A stretch of 64,000 bases of DNA from Thermodesulfobacteriota bacterium (lineage in GTDB: Bacteria > Desulfobacterota_D > UBA1144 > Nemesobacterales > Nemesobacteraceae), in NCBI GenBank assembly GCA_965202785.1, contig OZ241855.1, positions 608,001-672,000 of the forward strand. The letters are read 5' to 3'. Shown here in pieces: positions 26,758-36,986 of this stretch. Positions within the stretch are counted from its first letter, which is position 1, and each line of letters begins with the position of its first letter. The notes below the pieces were generated by a model. It saw nothing but the letters and a program-made list of their open reading frames with translations. It did not search any database and was not told the DNA's origin. A program made the translations under genes and the position numbers.

Positions 26758-27600
26758 ATGGAAATCAAAGAACTTTACCTGAAAGGCAGAAAAAGCTTCG
26801 AGGAAAACGGCTTCGAGTGCCCCGGCATCGAAACAAGAGCGATACTCGCAAGAAGCCTCGGCACGGACCCGCTGGAATTCTACGCGCATCCGGAAAGACG
26901 CGTGGACCCCGAACGCGCGGAAGTATTTGAAGAGCTCCTTCACCGACGCCTCGGGGGAGAACCCCTCGCGTACATTACCGGCGAGCGGGAATTCTGCTCG
27001 AGGCCCTTTGTCGTGACCCGCGACGTCCTGATACCGAGACCGGAGACCGAGACGCTCGCGGAACTCGCCATGGAAACCGCGGGACGGATGAAAAATCCAC
27101 GCATCCTCGACCTCGGAACGGGAAGCGGATGCCTCGCCGTAACCCTGTCTCTCGAAGCGCAAGGCTGTACGGTTTTCGCCTCGGACGTATCCGCCGCGGC
27201 GCTCGGGGTAGCCAGAAAAAACGCCCGTGCACACGGCGCGCGCGTCCGGTTCGTCCGCTCGGATCTTCTGGGCTGCTTTGCAAAATCTTCGTTTGACATG
27301 ATAATTTCCAACCCGCCTTACGTGTCCGAAGCGGAATACGCGGAGCTTTCCCCGCAGATAAGGCGTTATGAGCCGCGCGCGGCGCTTCTCGGCGGGGGGG
27401 ACGGGCTTGCGTACATAAGGAAAATAGCGGCCGCGGCGGGAACCGCGCTTCGAGAAGGCGGCTTTCTGCTTCTTGAAATCGGGGCCGGGCAGGCAGAGAG
27501 CGCAGAGAGCATAGTCAGTGAGAACGGTTTTTCAGACATACGCATCGAAACCGATATCGGCGGCGTAGAAAGGGTAGTGAAAGCGACTTGGAAAAAATAG
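26758..27600 (+). CDS. prmC: Release factor glutamine methyltransferase
   Basis: GEPLAYITG, VLIPRPETE, LDLGTGSG and SNPPY. Confidence 0.97.
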   Translation: MEIKELYLKGRKSFEENGFECPGIETRAILARSLGTDPLEFYAHPERRVDPERAEVFEELLHRRLGGEPLAYITGEREFCSRPFVVTRDVLIPRPETETLAELAMETAGRMKNPRILDLGTGSGCLAVTLSLEAQGCTVFASDVSAAALGVARKNARAHGARVRFVRSDLLGCFAKSSFDMIISNPPYVSEAEYAELSPQIRRYEPRAALLGGGDGLAYIRKIAAAAGTALREGGFLLLEIGAGQAESAESIVSENGFSDIRIETDIGGVERVVKATWKK

Positions 27601-28844
27601 TAATAGAGGGAAAAAACAGGCTTTCCGGAGAGGTGTCGGTCGGCGGAGCAAAAAACGCCGTCCTTCCCATAATGGCAGCCTGCATACTGAACGACGGGGA
27701 AAACACCATCTCGAACGTGCCGGATCTGGCGGACGTGCGGACCATGATGAAACTCCTCGAAACCCTGGGCGCGAGATGCGAGTATACAGACGGTGACCTG
27801 ATCGTCGACTCAACAAGCATCGACCGCTACAAGGCTCCCTACGATCTGGTAAAGACGATGAGGGCTTCCGTGCTGGTTCTGGGACCGCTTGTGGCCAGAT
27901 TCAAAAAAGCCGAAGTCTCCCTCCCCGGAGGATGCGCCATAGGAGAAAGGCCTATAGATCAGCACATAAAGGGACTTCGAATCCTCGGAACGTCGGTGCA
28001 GCTTGAAGACGGATACGTAAGCGCCGTTGCGGAAAAACTTGAAGGAACCACCGTGCCCTTCGATCTCTCGACCGTCACGGGGACCGAAAACATAATGCTG
28101 CTGGCCAGCGTCTGCGAAGGAGAAACCGTCATCCTGAACGCCGCATGCGAGCCCGAAGTGGTGGACCTCGCAAACGCCCTCAATCTGATGGGAGCGAAAA
28201 TAGAAGGAGCCGGAACGGATATAATAACGATAACGGGGGTAAGCTCGCTCGGTCCGCTCAAGGACTACAGCGTAATGCCTGACAGGATAGAGGCGGGAAC
28301 GCTGATGATAGCCGGCGCCCTCAATGAAAGCGATCTCGTGATCAGGAACTGCAGGTTCGAGCACCTTGGGGCACTCACAGGGAAGCTGCTTCAGACGGGA
28401 ACGGAGATAGAAAAAAATGGGAACTCCATTAGAGTGCGGGGCACAGGGAAGATAAAAAGCATAGACTTCTCCACGCTCCCATACCCGGGATTCCCGACCG
28501 ACATGCAGGCCCAGATGATGATACTCATGTGCGTTGCCGAGGGGATGAGCGTCATAACGGAGAACATATTTCCGCAGAGGTTCATGCACACCGCCGAACT
28601 GCGGAGGATGGGCGCGGACATAAAGCTTGTCGGAAACAGCGCCGTGGTAAGAGGTGTCCGGGAGATGAGGGGCGCCCCCATCATGGCAAGCGATCTTCGG
28701 GCGAGCGCCTCGCTCGTGCTGGCAGGGCTTTGCGGCACCGGCAGGACGGAAGTGTCGAGAATCTACCATCTTGACCGGGGATACGAGAAACTTGATGAAA
28801 AACTGCGGTCGGTAGGAGCCAGAATCTGGAGGGAAAAAGAGTGA
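27588..28844 (+). CDS. murA: UDP-N-acetylglucosamine 1-carboxyvinyltransferase
   Basis: GAKNAVLP, MRASVLVLGPL, LPGGCAIG.RP and PGFPTDMQ; TTG start. Confidence 0.98.
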   Translation: MEKIVIEGKNRLSGEVSVGGAKNAVLPIMAACILNDGENTISNVPDLADVRTMMKLLETLGARCEYTDGDLIVDSTSIDRYKAPYDLVKTMRASVLVLGPLVARFKKAEVSLPGGCAIGERPIDQHIKGLRILGTSVQLEDGYVSAVAEKLEGTTVPFDLSTVTGTENIMLLASVCEGETVILNAACEPEVVDLANALNLMGAKIEGAGTDIITITGVSSLGPLKDYSVMPDRIEAGTLMIAGALNESDLVIRNCRFEHLGALTGKLLQTGTEIEKNGNSIRVRGTGKIKSIDFSTLPYPGFPTDMQAQMMILMCVAEGMSVITENIFPQRFMHTAELRRMGADIKLVGNSAVVRGVREMRGAPIMASDLRASASLVLAGLCGTGRTEVSRIYHLDRGYEKLDEKLRSVGARIWREKE

Positions 28845-29458
28845 TAACCATAGCGACGCCCAGAGGGAGGCTGCTTGAGGAGACCGTCGATCTTTTCAAG
28901 AAGGCCTCGATAGACATAACGGAGATAATAAAGGATTCGAGAAAACTCATATTCGAGTTCGAAGAGGCGGGGATGAGGCTGCTTATAGTGAGACCCACAG
29001 ACGTCACCTCCTACGTCGAGTACGGTGCCGCGGACTGCGGAATAGTCGGCAGAGACACACTAATGGAGCAGGACGGCGACCTCTACGAGCCTCTTGACCT
29101 CAGAATAGGAAAATGCAAGATGGTAGTCGCCGCTCCGAAGGGCTTTGAGAAATCTGGCAAGGCGTCCTTGCGGATCGCGACAAAGTACCCGAAGATCGCA
29201 AGTGATTTCTACAACAAAAAAGGCATAAGCACGGAAGTCATAAAACTCTACGGTTCGGTTGAGCTTGCCCCCATAATAGGGCTTTGCGACGCTATAGTGG
29301 ATCTTACGGCTACGGGAGAAACCCTGAAGAAAAACGATCTTGAGATAGTGGAAGTGGTAGCGGAAGTAAGCGCAAAGTTAATTGTCAACAAGGTAAGCAT
29401 GAAAATAAAGTCAAAGGAAATAAAGGAACTGATTCAGAAACTCGAGGAGGTAAGATAA
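28841..29458 (+). CDS. hisG: ATP phosphoribosyltransferase (short form, HisZ-dependent)
   Basis: IATKYP, KLYGSVELAP and IVDL..TGETL; 205 aa. Confidence 0.95.
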   Translation: MITIATPRGRLLEETVDLFKKASIDITEIIKDSRKLIFEFEEAGMRLLIVRPTDVTSYVEYGAADCGIVGRDTLMEQDGDLYEPLDLRIGKCKMVVAAPKGFEKSGKASLRIATKYPKIASDFYNKKGISTEVIKLYGSVELAPIIGLCDAIVDLTATGETLKKNDLEIVEVVAEVSAKLIVNKVSMKIKSKEIKELIQKLEEVR

Positions 29459-29485
29459 GCCACCTCCCTTTTTTCACGTGGCTTA

Positions 29486-30532
29486 TCAGAAAAGCTCGAG
29501 CTGGGCGGGTCCGTCTCTTCTGAATCGGGAAACATCAAGAGACGCTTTCCTTCCCCCAAAACCGAACTTCCCGTAAGCCACGCGAAAGATCTTTTCGGTC
29601 TGCTCGGCGAAAATTCCCTTGCCCTTCATCCGGACGCGGTACTCAGAAGAGTTAAGGCCTCCGTCCCTCATAGACTCGATTCGCCCCAGTATTTTTTTCT
29701 TTCTGTCGGGATAGTGGCGCCCAAGCCACTCGGAGAATATGTCGCCAACTCCGTAGGGAAGCCTGAGCATCACATAGCCCGCATCGACCGCACCGCGGGC
29801 AGAAGCTTCTTTCATTATGGCCGGAATCTCATGGTCAGTGAGCCCGGGAATCACAGGGGCTATGAGCACCGTCACGGGAATACCGGCGTCCGCAAGCCTG
29901 GCTATTGCCCTGAGCCTGTATTCGGGCTGCGACGTCCTGGGTTCCATCTTTCTTGCAAGTTCGCCGTCAAGCGTCGTGACGGAGATAACCACGCTCGCGC
30001 AGCCGATTCTGGCCATGTCGGAGAAAATATCAATATCGCGGGTCACCAGATAGTTTTTGGTTATCACCCCGACAGGGTTTCGGAATTCCCTCAGAACCTC
30101 CAGGCATTTTCTCGTTATCCGGAAATGCTTTTCCGCCGGTTGATAGCAGTCGGTAACCCCGCTTATCGCTATCGGCTTAGGAACCCATTTCGCCGAGCGA
30201 AGCTCCTTTCTCAGAAGCTCGGGGGCATTTTGCTTTACGAAGATCTTTGTTTCGAAATCAAGCCCCGCGGAAAGCCCCAGGTATTCGTGCGTGGGCCTTG
30301 CGTAGCAGTAAACGCATCCGTGCTCGCATCCCCGATAGGGATTAATGCTTGCGTCAAAGGAAATATCGGGGCTCTGGTTGTAGGAGATTATGGTTTTCGT
30401 CCGGTCCCTGTAGTAAACGGTTCTGGGAGCGCCATCAGCGACGAGCACGTCCTCGTCCGCAACAAAGTCAATCCGTTCGAACCTTCCCGCAGGGTTCTCC
30501 TGGGATCCCCTTCCTTTTATGTATGGCTTCAC
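29486..30532 (-). CDS. PA0069-family radical SAM protein (spore photoproduct lyase-like)
   Basis: NPYRGCEHGCVYCYARP (CxxxCxxC), TDCYQPAE and C-terminal QLELF; probable GTG start 30532. Confidence 0.9.
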   Translation of the reverse strand: MKPYIKGRGSQENPAGRFERIDFVADEDVLVADGAPRTVYYRDRTKTIISYNQSPDISFDASINPYRGCEHGCVYCYARPTHEYLGLSAGLDFETKIFVKQNAPELLRKELRSAKWVPKPIAISGVTDCYQPAEKHFRITRKCLEVLREFRNPVGVITKNYLVTRDIDIFSDMARIGCASVVISVTTLDGELARKMEPRTSQPEYRLRAIARLADAGIPVTVLIAPVIPGLTDHEIPAIMKEASARGAVDAGYVMLRLPYGVGDIFSEWLGRHYPDRKKKILGRIESMRDGGLNSSEYRVRMKGKGIFAEQTEKIFRVAYGKFGFGGRKASLDVSRFRRDGPAQLELF

Positions 30533-30553
30533 TTCGCGAGTCTCCCCTGAACT

Positions 30554-30592
30554 AAAAAGCCCCAAAGCGGCAACGACCGCCTCGGGGCTTTT
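30554..30592. terminator. Intrinsic terminator downstream of lon
   Basis: AAAAGCCCC...GGGGCTTTT with an inner GCGG/CCGC stem. Confidence 0.75.
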
Positions 30593-30616
30593 GAAACACT
30601 AAGCAATTGTTTGCCT

Positions 30617-33028
30617 TCAGTTTATGTTCTTCGGCACCGGGTCGGCCTCTAGGTCATAACCGGACTTGGGAACGACAAAGTTCTTGAGCACAGGCTCATC
30701 CGAGAGAATTACCTTTTCAACAACTTCGTCCATATGTTCCACGGGAGTTATCTTCACCTCTTTTCTCACGTTCTCCGGTATGTCCTCAATGTCCTTCTTA
30801 TTCTCTACGGGAATCAGCACTTCCTTCACCCTGCCCCTGTGGGCGGCGAGGATTTTCTCCTTGAGCCCTCCGATGGTAAGCACTCTTCCGCGAAGCGTGA
30901 TCTCTCCCGTCATTGCAATTTCCCTGTTTATGGGCTTTCTCGTAATGGCGCTCGTAATGGCGCTCGCTATCGCTATGCCGGCGCTCGGGCCGTCCTTGGG
31001 AGTGGCTCCCTCGGGAACGTGAATGTGTATATCCACGTTCTGGTAGAAAAGCCTTTCAAGCCCCAGGCGCTGCGCCCGGCTCCTTACGTAGCTCATCGCC
31101 GCGCGCGCGGATTCCTGCATCACCTCTCCGAGCTTTCCGGTGACGGTGAAATTTCCCTTGCCGGGAACAATTGAAACCTCTATCGTAAGAAGCTCCCCTC
31201 CAAGCTCCGTCCACGCAAGCCCCGTGGCGGCTCCCACCTGGTCGGTTTGCTCGATCTCCCCGTACTCGTACTTGGGAGTACCGAGGTACTTACCGACGTT
31301 CTTGGCGGTGATATTGACTCCCTTGGTCTTTTGCCTCTCAACGATCTCCCTAGCAACCTTTCTGCAAAGCGCCGCTATCTCCCTCTCGAGGTTCCTGACG
31401 CCGCTTTCCTTCGTGTACCTTCTTATGATCTCCAGAAGGGCCTCGTTTTTCATAGACACCTTGTGGTCGTTAAGACCGTGATCATTCTTCTGCTTCCCTA
31501 TAAGAAACTTCCTGGCTATCTGGAGTTTCTCCTGCTCCGTGTAGCCGGGAAGGCGGATTATCTCCATGCGGTCCTGAAGCGCCCAAGGAATCGTGTGCAG
31601 CACGTTCGCCGTCATTATGAACATCACTTTCGAAAGGTCGTAGTCGGCCTCGATGTAGTGATCGTTGAAATTTGAGTTCTGCTCAGGGTCAAGGGCCTCA
31701 AGAAGCGCCGAAGCCGGATCTCCCCTGAAGTCCATCCCGAGCTTGTCGATCTCGTCAAGGAGAAAGACAGGGTTTATGGTTCCGGCCTTTTTCATTCCCT
31801 GTATGATCTTGCCCGGAAGAGCTCCTATGTAGGTCCTCCTGTGTCCCCTTATCTCGGCCTCGTCCCTTACCCCGCCAAGAGACGTCCTGACGAACTTGCG
31901 GCCCATTGCGCGCGCTATGGACTTGGCCAAAGAGGTCTTTCCCACGCCCGGGGGTCCCACAAAACAGATTATCGGGCCCTTGAGCTTCTCGGCGAGAACC
32001 CTAACCGCCAGATATTCAAGTATCCTCTCCTTGGGTTTTTCAAGGCCGTAGTGATCCTCATCGAGAATCGATGCGGCTTCCTTGATGTCAAGGCGGTCCT
32101 CGGTCTTCTCGTTTATCCACGGCAGATCCAGAAGCCAGTCGATATAGTTTCTCACCACAGTCGCCTCGGCCGACATGGAAGACATCATGCGAAGCTTGTT
32201 TATCTCCCTCTTTACCCTCTGCTCAACGTCTTCGGGAACCTCTTTCTCCTTCAGCTTCTCCTCAAACTCGTCTATTTCGCTTTTAAGGTCATCCCCCGTG
32301 CCGAGCTCTTTCTGAATGGCCTTCATCTGCTCGTTAAGATAATACTCCCTCTGGGCCTTCTCCATCTGCTTTTTGACCCTCTTCCCTATGCGCTTTTCCA
32401 TCTGGAGTATCTCGAGTTCGGACTGCATCTTCTCGCAAAGCTTCTCCAGCCTCTCGAGCGGATGGATCACCTCGAGAATTTCCTGCTTGTCCGAAAGCTT
32501 CATGTTAAGATGCGAAGCGACCGTGTCGCCGAGCTTGCCCGGTTCGTCAATGGACATGAAAGTCACGAGGGTTTCCGAGGGGATCTTCGTGTTCAGTTTC
32601 ACGTAATCCTCGAAAAGCTTGGTCGCCGAACGCATGAGCGCTTCAACCTCGACGCTTTCCCCCGAAGGTTCCTCTATCTCCCTTACTTCCACTACAAACA
32701 TGTCCTTGTGGGAAACAAAGCCCGATATCGAGGCCCTCTTTTTGCCCTCGACAAGCACCTTCACGGTGCCGTCCGGAAGCCGGAGCATCTGAACTATCGT
32801 TCCGATGGTCCCGATTCTGTACATATCCTCGTTCCCGGGTTCGTTCACCTTCGCGTCTTTCTGAGCCGAAAGGAATATTTCCTTGCTGCCCTTAGCCGCC
32901 TCCTCAAGGGCCTTGATGGATTTTTCCCTGCCCACGAAAAGAGGGGCCAGCATGTAGGGATATATAACTACATCGCGAAGTGGAAGGAGTGGAAGGACTT
33001 TCTCGCTAACGTTTACGGAATCTGACAT
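30617..33028 (-). CDS. lon: ATP-dependent protease La
   Basis: [17 protein letters not shown] and PKDGPSAG (catalytic Ser); start ATG 33028 after GAGGAG. Confidence 0.98.
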   Translation of the reverse strand: MSDSVNVSEKVLPLLPLRDVVIYPYMLAPLFVGREKSIKALEEAAKGSKEIFLSAQKDAKVNEPGNEDMYRIGTIGTIVQMLRLPDGTVKVLVEGKKRASISGFVSHKDMFVVEVREIEEPSGESVEVEALMRSATKLFEDYVKLNTKIPSETLVTFMSIDEPGKLGDTVASHLNMKLSDKQEILEVIHPLERLEKLCEKMQSELEILQMEKRIGKRVKKQMEKAQREYYLNEQMKAIQKELGTGDDLKSEIDEFEEKLKEKEVPEDVEQRVKREINKLRMMSSMSAEATVVRNYIDWLLDLPWINEKTEDRLDIKEAASILDEDHYGLEKPKERILEYLAVRVLAEKLKGPIICFVGPPGVGKTSLAKSIARAMGRKFVRTSLGGVRDEAEIRGHRRTYIGALPGKIIQGMKKAGTINPVFLLDEIDKLGMDFRGDPASALLEALDPEQNSNFNDHYIEADYDLSKVMFIMTANVLHTIPWALQDRMEIIRLPGYTEQEKLQIARKFLIGKQKNDHGLNDHKVSMKNEALLEIIRRYTKESGVRNLEREIAALCRKVAREIVERQKTKGVNITAKNVGKYLGTPKYEYGEIEQTDQVGAATGLAWTELGGELLTIEVSIVPGKGNFTVTGKLGEVMQESARAAMSYVRSRAQRLGLERLFYQNVDIHIHVPEGATPKDGPSAGIAIASAITSAITRKPINREIAMTGEITLRGRVLTIGGLKEKILAAHRGRVKEVLIPVENKKDIEDIPENVRKEVKITPVEHMDEVVEKVILSDEPVLKNFVVPKSGYDLEADPVPKNIN

Positions 33029-33142
33029 TTGCTCCTCCTCAATACACAAGCTTATTTAGAGTATATAATACAGGTCCGGATATTTACAACCCTGTTATTA
33101 TACAGCATGCAGAGCGCCAGTCATAATCGGGGCGGCTCTTAT

Positions 33143-33157
33143 TGGAAATAATTACCA
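33143..33157. promoter_or_regulatory. Fur-box-like 7-1-7 inverted repeat upstream of ferritin
   Basis: TGGAAAT-A-ATTACCA versus the TGATAAT-N-ATTATCA consensus. Confidence 0.45.
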
Positions 33158-33226
33158 TTTAGTAGTAATTTTTAACAAACAGGTTATTATTAACGATGCA
33201 GAACAAGAAACCAAGGAGGAATTAAA

Positions 33227-33721
33227 ATGATTGACAGCGACGTACAGGACGCAATAAACACGCAGATAAGAAACGAGTACTATTCATCCTACCTATATCT
33301 TTCCATGTCCGCCTATTGTGAATCCAAAAACTTTTCCGGTTTCGCAAGCTGGCTTCGCAAGCAGAGCGAAGAGGAGCTTGGGCATGCGTTGAAGTTTTTC
33401 GATTACCTGATCGACAGGGGAGGCAGGGTAACCCTTGACTCGATAGAGCAGCCTCCTTCTGAGTTCGGAGCGTTCCTCGAGATGTTCGAGGAGGTCTTGG
33501 AGCATGAAAGGGAGGTTACAGGGATGATAAACAACATTTATGATCTCGCCGCTTCGAAAAACGATCAGGCGACTTTAGTAATGCTCCACTGGTTCATAGA
33601 AGAACAGGTCGAGGAGGAGAAAAGCGCCGAGGCGGTCGTCGAGCAGCTGAAGCTCGCAGAGGACAGCCCCGCAGCGCTTCTGATTCTCGACAGGGAACTC
33701 GCCGCAAGAGAGGGCGAATAA
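33227..33721 (+). CDS. ftnA: Non-haem bacterial ferritin
   Basis: NEYYSSYLYLSM, EEELGHA and WFIEEQVEEE ferroxidase motifs. Confidence 0.93.
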   Translation: MIDSDVQDAINTQIRNEYYSSYLYLSMSAYCESKNFSGFASWLRKQSEEELGHALKFFDYLIDRGGRVTLDSIEQPPSEFGAFLEMFEEVLEHEREVTGMINNIYDLAASKNDQATLVMLHWFIEEQVEEEKSAEAVVEQLKLAEDSPAALLILDRELAAREGE

Positions 33722-33818
33722 GCAAAAACTCTGGCGATCTTTACTTTCAAGCTCTGGTATGTATTTTAGTCTGTTTGTAGATTAAGACGTTCCCCGCAGC
33801 GGGGAAGGAAGCGGACTA

Positions 33819-35123
33819 TTGGGAATAAAATACAACCGGCCTGAAGTAAACAGGCAGATTACAAAACAGCTTATAAACGACTACGGAGCGATCGTCTCCA
33901 CTCTCGCCGAGGTTTTCGGCTACGAGAGCCTTGAGCACGTGCAGAGAGTCTGCGCCAACTCTTTTGAGAAAATGCGGGCCAGGTGGGGAAAAGGCGGAAT
34001 TCCCCAGGATCCCCAGAGTGCGGTGTGGGCTGACATAACGGAGAGCTCAAACAAGCTTTTCTGCAGGAAGATAAACTATCTCTCCAGAGCAAACGGAGCG
34101 AAGAGAAGGATCGACGTATCGGGATTTCACCTTCCCTTTCCAGATAAAGAGGAAGTGGCGAAAAACCAGGTCGAGATGCTTTTCGCGCTGTGCGGGCCCG
34201 GGATTGAAAGTTCCATCCGGAAATATCTTGTGCTGAACGTGCTCTGCGGCTTTTCCTGCTCCTCCCTCGCCAGGATACTGGAGAGAAACGAGAAGGCCCT
34301 GGAAGAGCAGCTCGCTTCGGAAAAAAAGAAGATAACTGAAGCGGCCGTCCGGCTGACCCGGACCGATATGGAGGAAAATCTCGGTGTGGTGACCAAGAAC
34401 ATATACGAGATTTTCAGCCTCGGCCAAAACGGTCTCCGCAAGGCAGCATCCCCAATCGCATCCTTGTGCCTTTCCGCAATAAGACTTGGCGAAATGCTGC
34501 TTGATTTCCCCGCAACGAAAAAACCCAGAGTTCACGCCCTTGTATCCTTCATGCTGCTAAACGCCTCGAGGCTTCACACCATGAACGACGGCAACGGAAG
34601 ACCGCTTGGGATAAAGGAACAGAACAGGGAGCTTTGGGACAGGAACATGATCAAAAGGGGATTTGAGCACCTTGCCCTCTCGGCCGAGGAAGGGGAAGAG
34701 GTCACGGAGATTCACCTGAAGGCAGGCGTTGATGCCGTTCACTCGCTAGCAGAAAAATACGGGGACACGAACTGGGACCGGATCATCTCACTTTACGACA
34801 AGTACCTTGCGTGCAACTACTGTCCGCTCGTAGAACTTCAAAAAGCAATCGCCATTTCCAAAACCCGGGGGCCGCAGGAAGGTCTTCGCGCCATAGGGGG
34901 AATACGCGGGGTTGAGGATCTCCACTCGCACGATCTTCTGTATTCGACCCTTGGAAATCTTAATTTCCAGCTTCACAAGTACGAAGACGCGATATCGAAT
35001 TTCAACCGCGCGATCGGCCTTGCCGAGGACTCTTTCGAAAAGGCATTTTATTCCAAAAAGATAAAGATCTGCGAAGACAGGATGAACATGTCGAAGCGCT
35101 ACAGGTACGGAGTTTCCTTCTGA
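33819..35123 (+). CDS. ECF42-like sigma factor homolog with C-terminal DUF6596/TPR region; sigma2 and sigma4 degenerate
   Basis: GIPQDP, LCGFS, LCLSAIRLG, QNRELWDR, TNWDRI..LYD and a terminal TPR; TTG start. Confidence 0.75.
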   Translation: MGIKYNRPEVNRQITKQLINDYGAIVSTLAEVFGYESLEHVQRVCANSFEKMRARWGKGGIPQDPQSAVWADITESSNKLFCRKINYLSRANGAKRRIDVSGFHLPFPDKEEVAKNQVEMLFALCGPGIESSIRKYLVLNVLCGFSCSSLARILERNEKALEEQLASEKKKITEAAVRLTRTDMEENLGVVTKNIYEIFSLGQNGLRKAASPIASLCLSAIRLGEMLLDFPATKKPRVHALVSFMLLNASRLHTMNDGNGRPLGIKEQNRELWDRNMIKRGFEHLALSAEEGEEVTEIHLKAGVDAVHSLAEKYGDTNWDRIISLYDKYLACNYCPLVELQKAIAISKTRGPQEGLRAIGGIRGVEDLHSHDLLYSTLGNLNFQLHKYEDAISNFNRAIGLAEDSFEKAFYSKKIKICEDRMNMSKRYRYGVSF

Positions 35124-35143
35124 ACACTCCCCGGCCGCTTAAT

Positions 35144-36870
35144 ATGTCTGCGGACTCAATCATTAAACACGCCGTCGTATTCTGTGTTGTTTTATCCGTT
35201 GCACTCACTTCCGCCCGCGCGGAGCCCGTTCATTCAAGTAAAAGTACGGCGGAATCCGCATCTTTTCGAAACGGCATGGTTGTATCCGAGGAGCAGATCG
35301 CTACCCTCGTCGGGCTCTCCGTGCTCAAGCAAGGCGGAAACGCCGTTGACGCAGCGGTCGCCGTCGGATTCGCGCTTGCCGTTACTCACCCAAGAGCCGG
35401 AAACCTCGGGGGCGGCGGATTCATGCTGGTCCATCTGAGTAAAACGGGACGGACAGTCGCCATAGATTACAGGGAGAAGCCCCGCTCAAAGCCACGCGCA
35501 ACATGTTTCTCGATGAGAGCGGAGAGGTCGACATGGAACGGGCACGGTACAGCGTCTATTCCTGCGGGGTTCCGGGAACGGTCGCAGGGCTCTCGCTGGC
35601 CCTTGAGAGATACGGAACCATGCCGCTTGAAAAGGTTCTTGCGCCGGCAATAAGGCTCGCGGAGGATGGGTTTGCGGTTACTCCGGAACTCAGGAAATCG
35701 CTTATGAAAGCAAAAGGCCGCTTGGAGAAATCAAGCGAGAGCATTGAGGTTTTTTTCAAAAACAACGGAGAGCCGCCCCGGGAGGGAGAAATTCTCAGGC
35801 AGAAAAATCTTGCGTGGAGCCTCAAGGAGATAAGCAAAAACGGTCCCGGGGCGTTTTACAGGGGGGCGATAGCGAAAAAAATCACAGCCTACATGAAAAA
35901 GGAAGGAGGCCTCATAACCGGACGGGATCTTGCATCTTACGAGGCCCTTGTAAGAGAACCAGTGACCGGGAGCTACAGGGGATACAGCATCCACTCGATG
36001 CCGCCCCCGAGCTCGGGCGGGATCCATCTTATCCAGATGCTTAACATTCTCGAGCGCTATCCCCTCTCGCGATACGGCCATAATTCCGCCCGATACGTCC
36101 ACATTCTCTCGGAAACCATGAAGCTTGCCTACGCGGACAGGTCAAAACACCTGGGCGACCCGGACTTCTCCCCTGTTCCCACAGAACATCTCATCTCAAA
36201 ACAGTACGCAAAACGCCTGGCAAACCGCATCAATCCCCAGAAAGCGACTCCGAGCAGATACGTAAAGCCCGGTTCACCCGTCCCCGTCGGAGGTACCGAC
36301 ACCACCCATTATACCGTAGCCGACAGGTTCGGAAACGTGGTTTCAAACACATACACGCTCAATTTCGCCTACGGCTCGGGTCTCGCGGTGCCGGGAACAG
36401 GAATCCTGCTGAACAACGAAATGGATGATTTCTCGGCAAAACCCGGAGCGCCAAACGCATATGGCCTAATCGGCGGCGAAAAAAACTCCATCGCTCCCGG
36501 CAAAAGAATGCTGAGCTCCATGACCCCGACCATAGTGTTTAACGACGAGAAGCTTTTTCTCGCAACGGGAAGCCAGGGAGGAAGCAGAATAATAACCTCC
36601 GTGCTTCAGGTCATCCTGAACGTGATTGACCATAACATGAGCATACGGGAGGCCACATCGGCCCCGAGAATACACCACCAGTGGCTCCCCGACACCCTGT
36701 ACGTTGAAAGAGAAGCGGAGAAAGACCTGGAGTCCGGGTTGAGGGAAAAAGGATACGAGGTGAAAAGAACCGGGCCGATGGGAAGCACGCAGAGCATAGC
36801 CAAGATCAACGGGTTTTTTCTCGGAGCAGCCGATCCCAGGCGCCCGGGAGGGCTGGCGCAAGGGTACTGA
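35144..36870 (+). pseudogene. ggt: Gamma-glutamyltransferase split by a 1-nt deletion near 35478 (pseudogene or sequencing error)
   Basis: ORF 35144 carries a signal peptide plus GGNAVDAA and GNLGGGGFM up to IDYREK; APLKATRNMF...DTTHY...NNEMDDF...SSMTP continues in another frame. Confidence 0.85.
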
Positions 36871-36986
36871 CCCACATGCTCCGCCCGGAAAAGCAAATCG
36901 CCGCAAACCCATCTTTCGCCATCACATAACGGACCCTAAGTATGGTAAGATTAACTTTGAAAGCAGAATTCATTGGAGGGATATTA

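Noticed and set aside
27810-28769. 319-aa - strand ORF (and similarly 58809-59723 opposite aroA/cmk)
   Set aside because: Antisense shadows of conserved housekeeping genes.
31841-33025. 394-aa + strand ORF
   Set aside because: Antisense shadow of lon; no recognisable motifs.
35471-35490. Programmed ribosomal frameshift in ggt
   Set aside because: No slippery heptamer or long homopolymer; a simple deletion or sequencing error is more likely.
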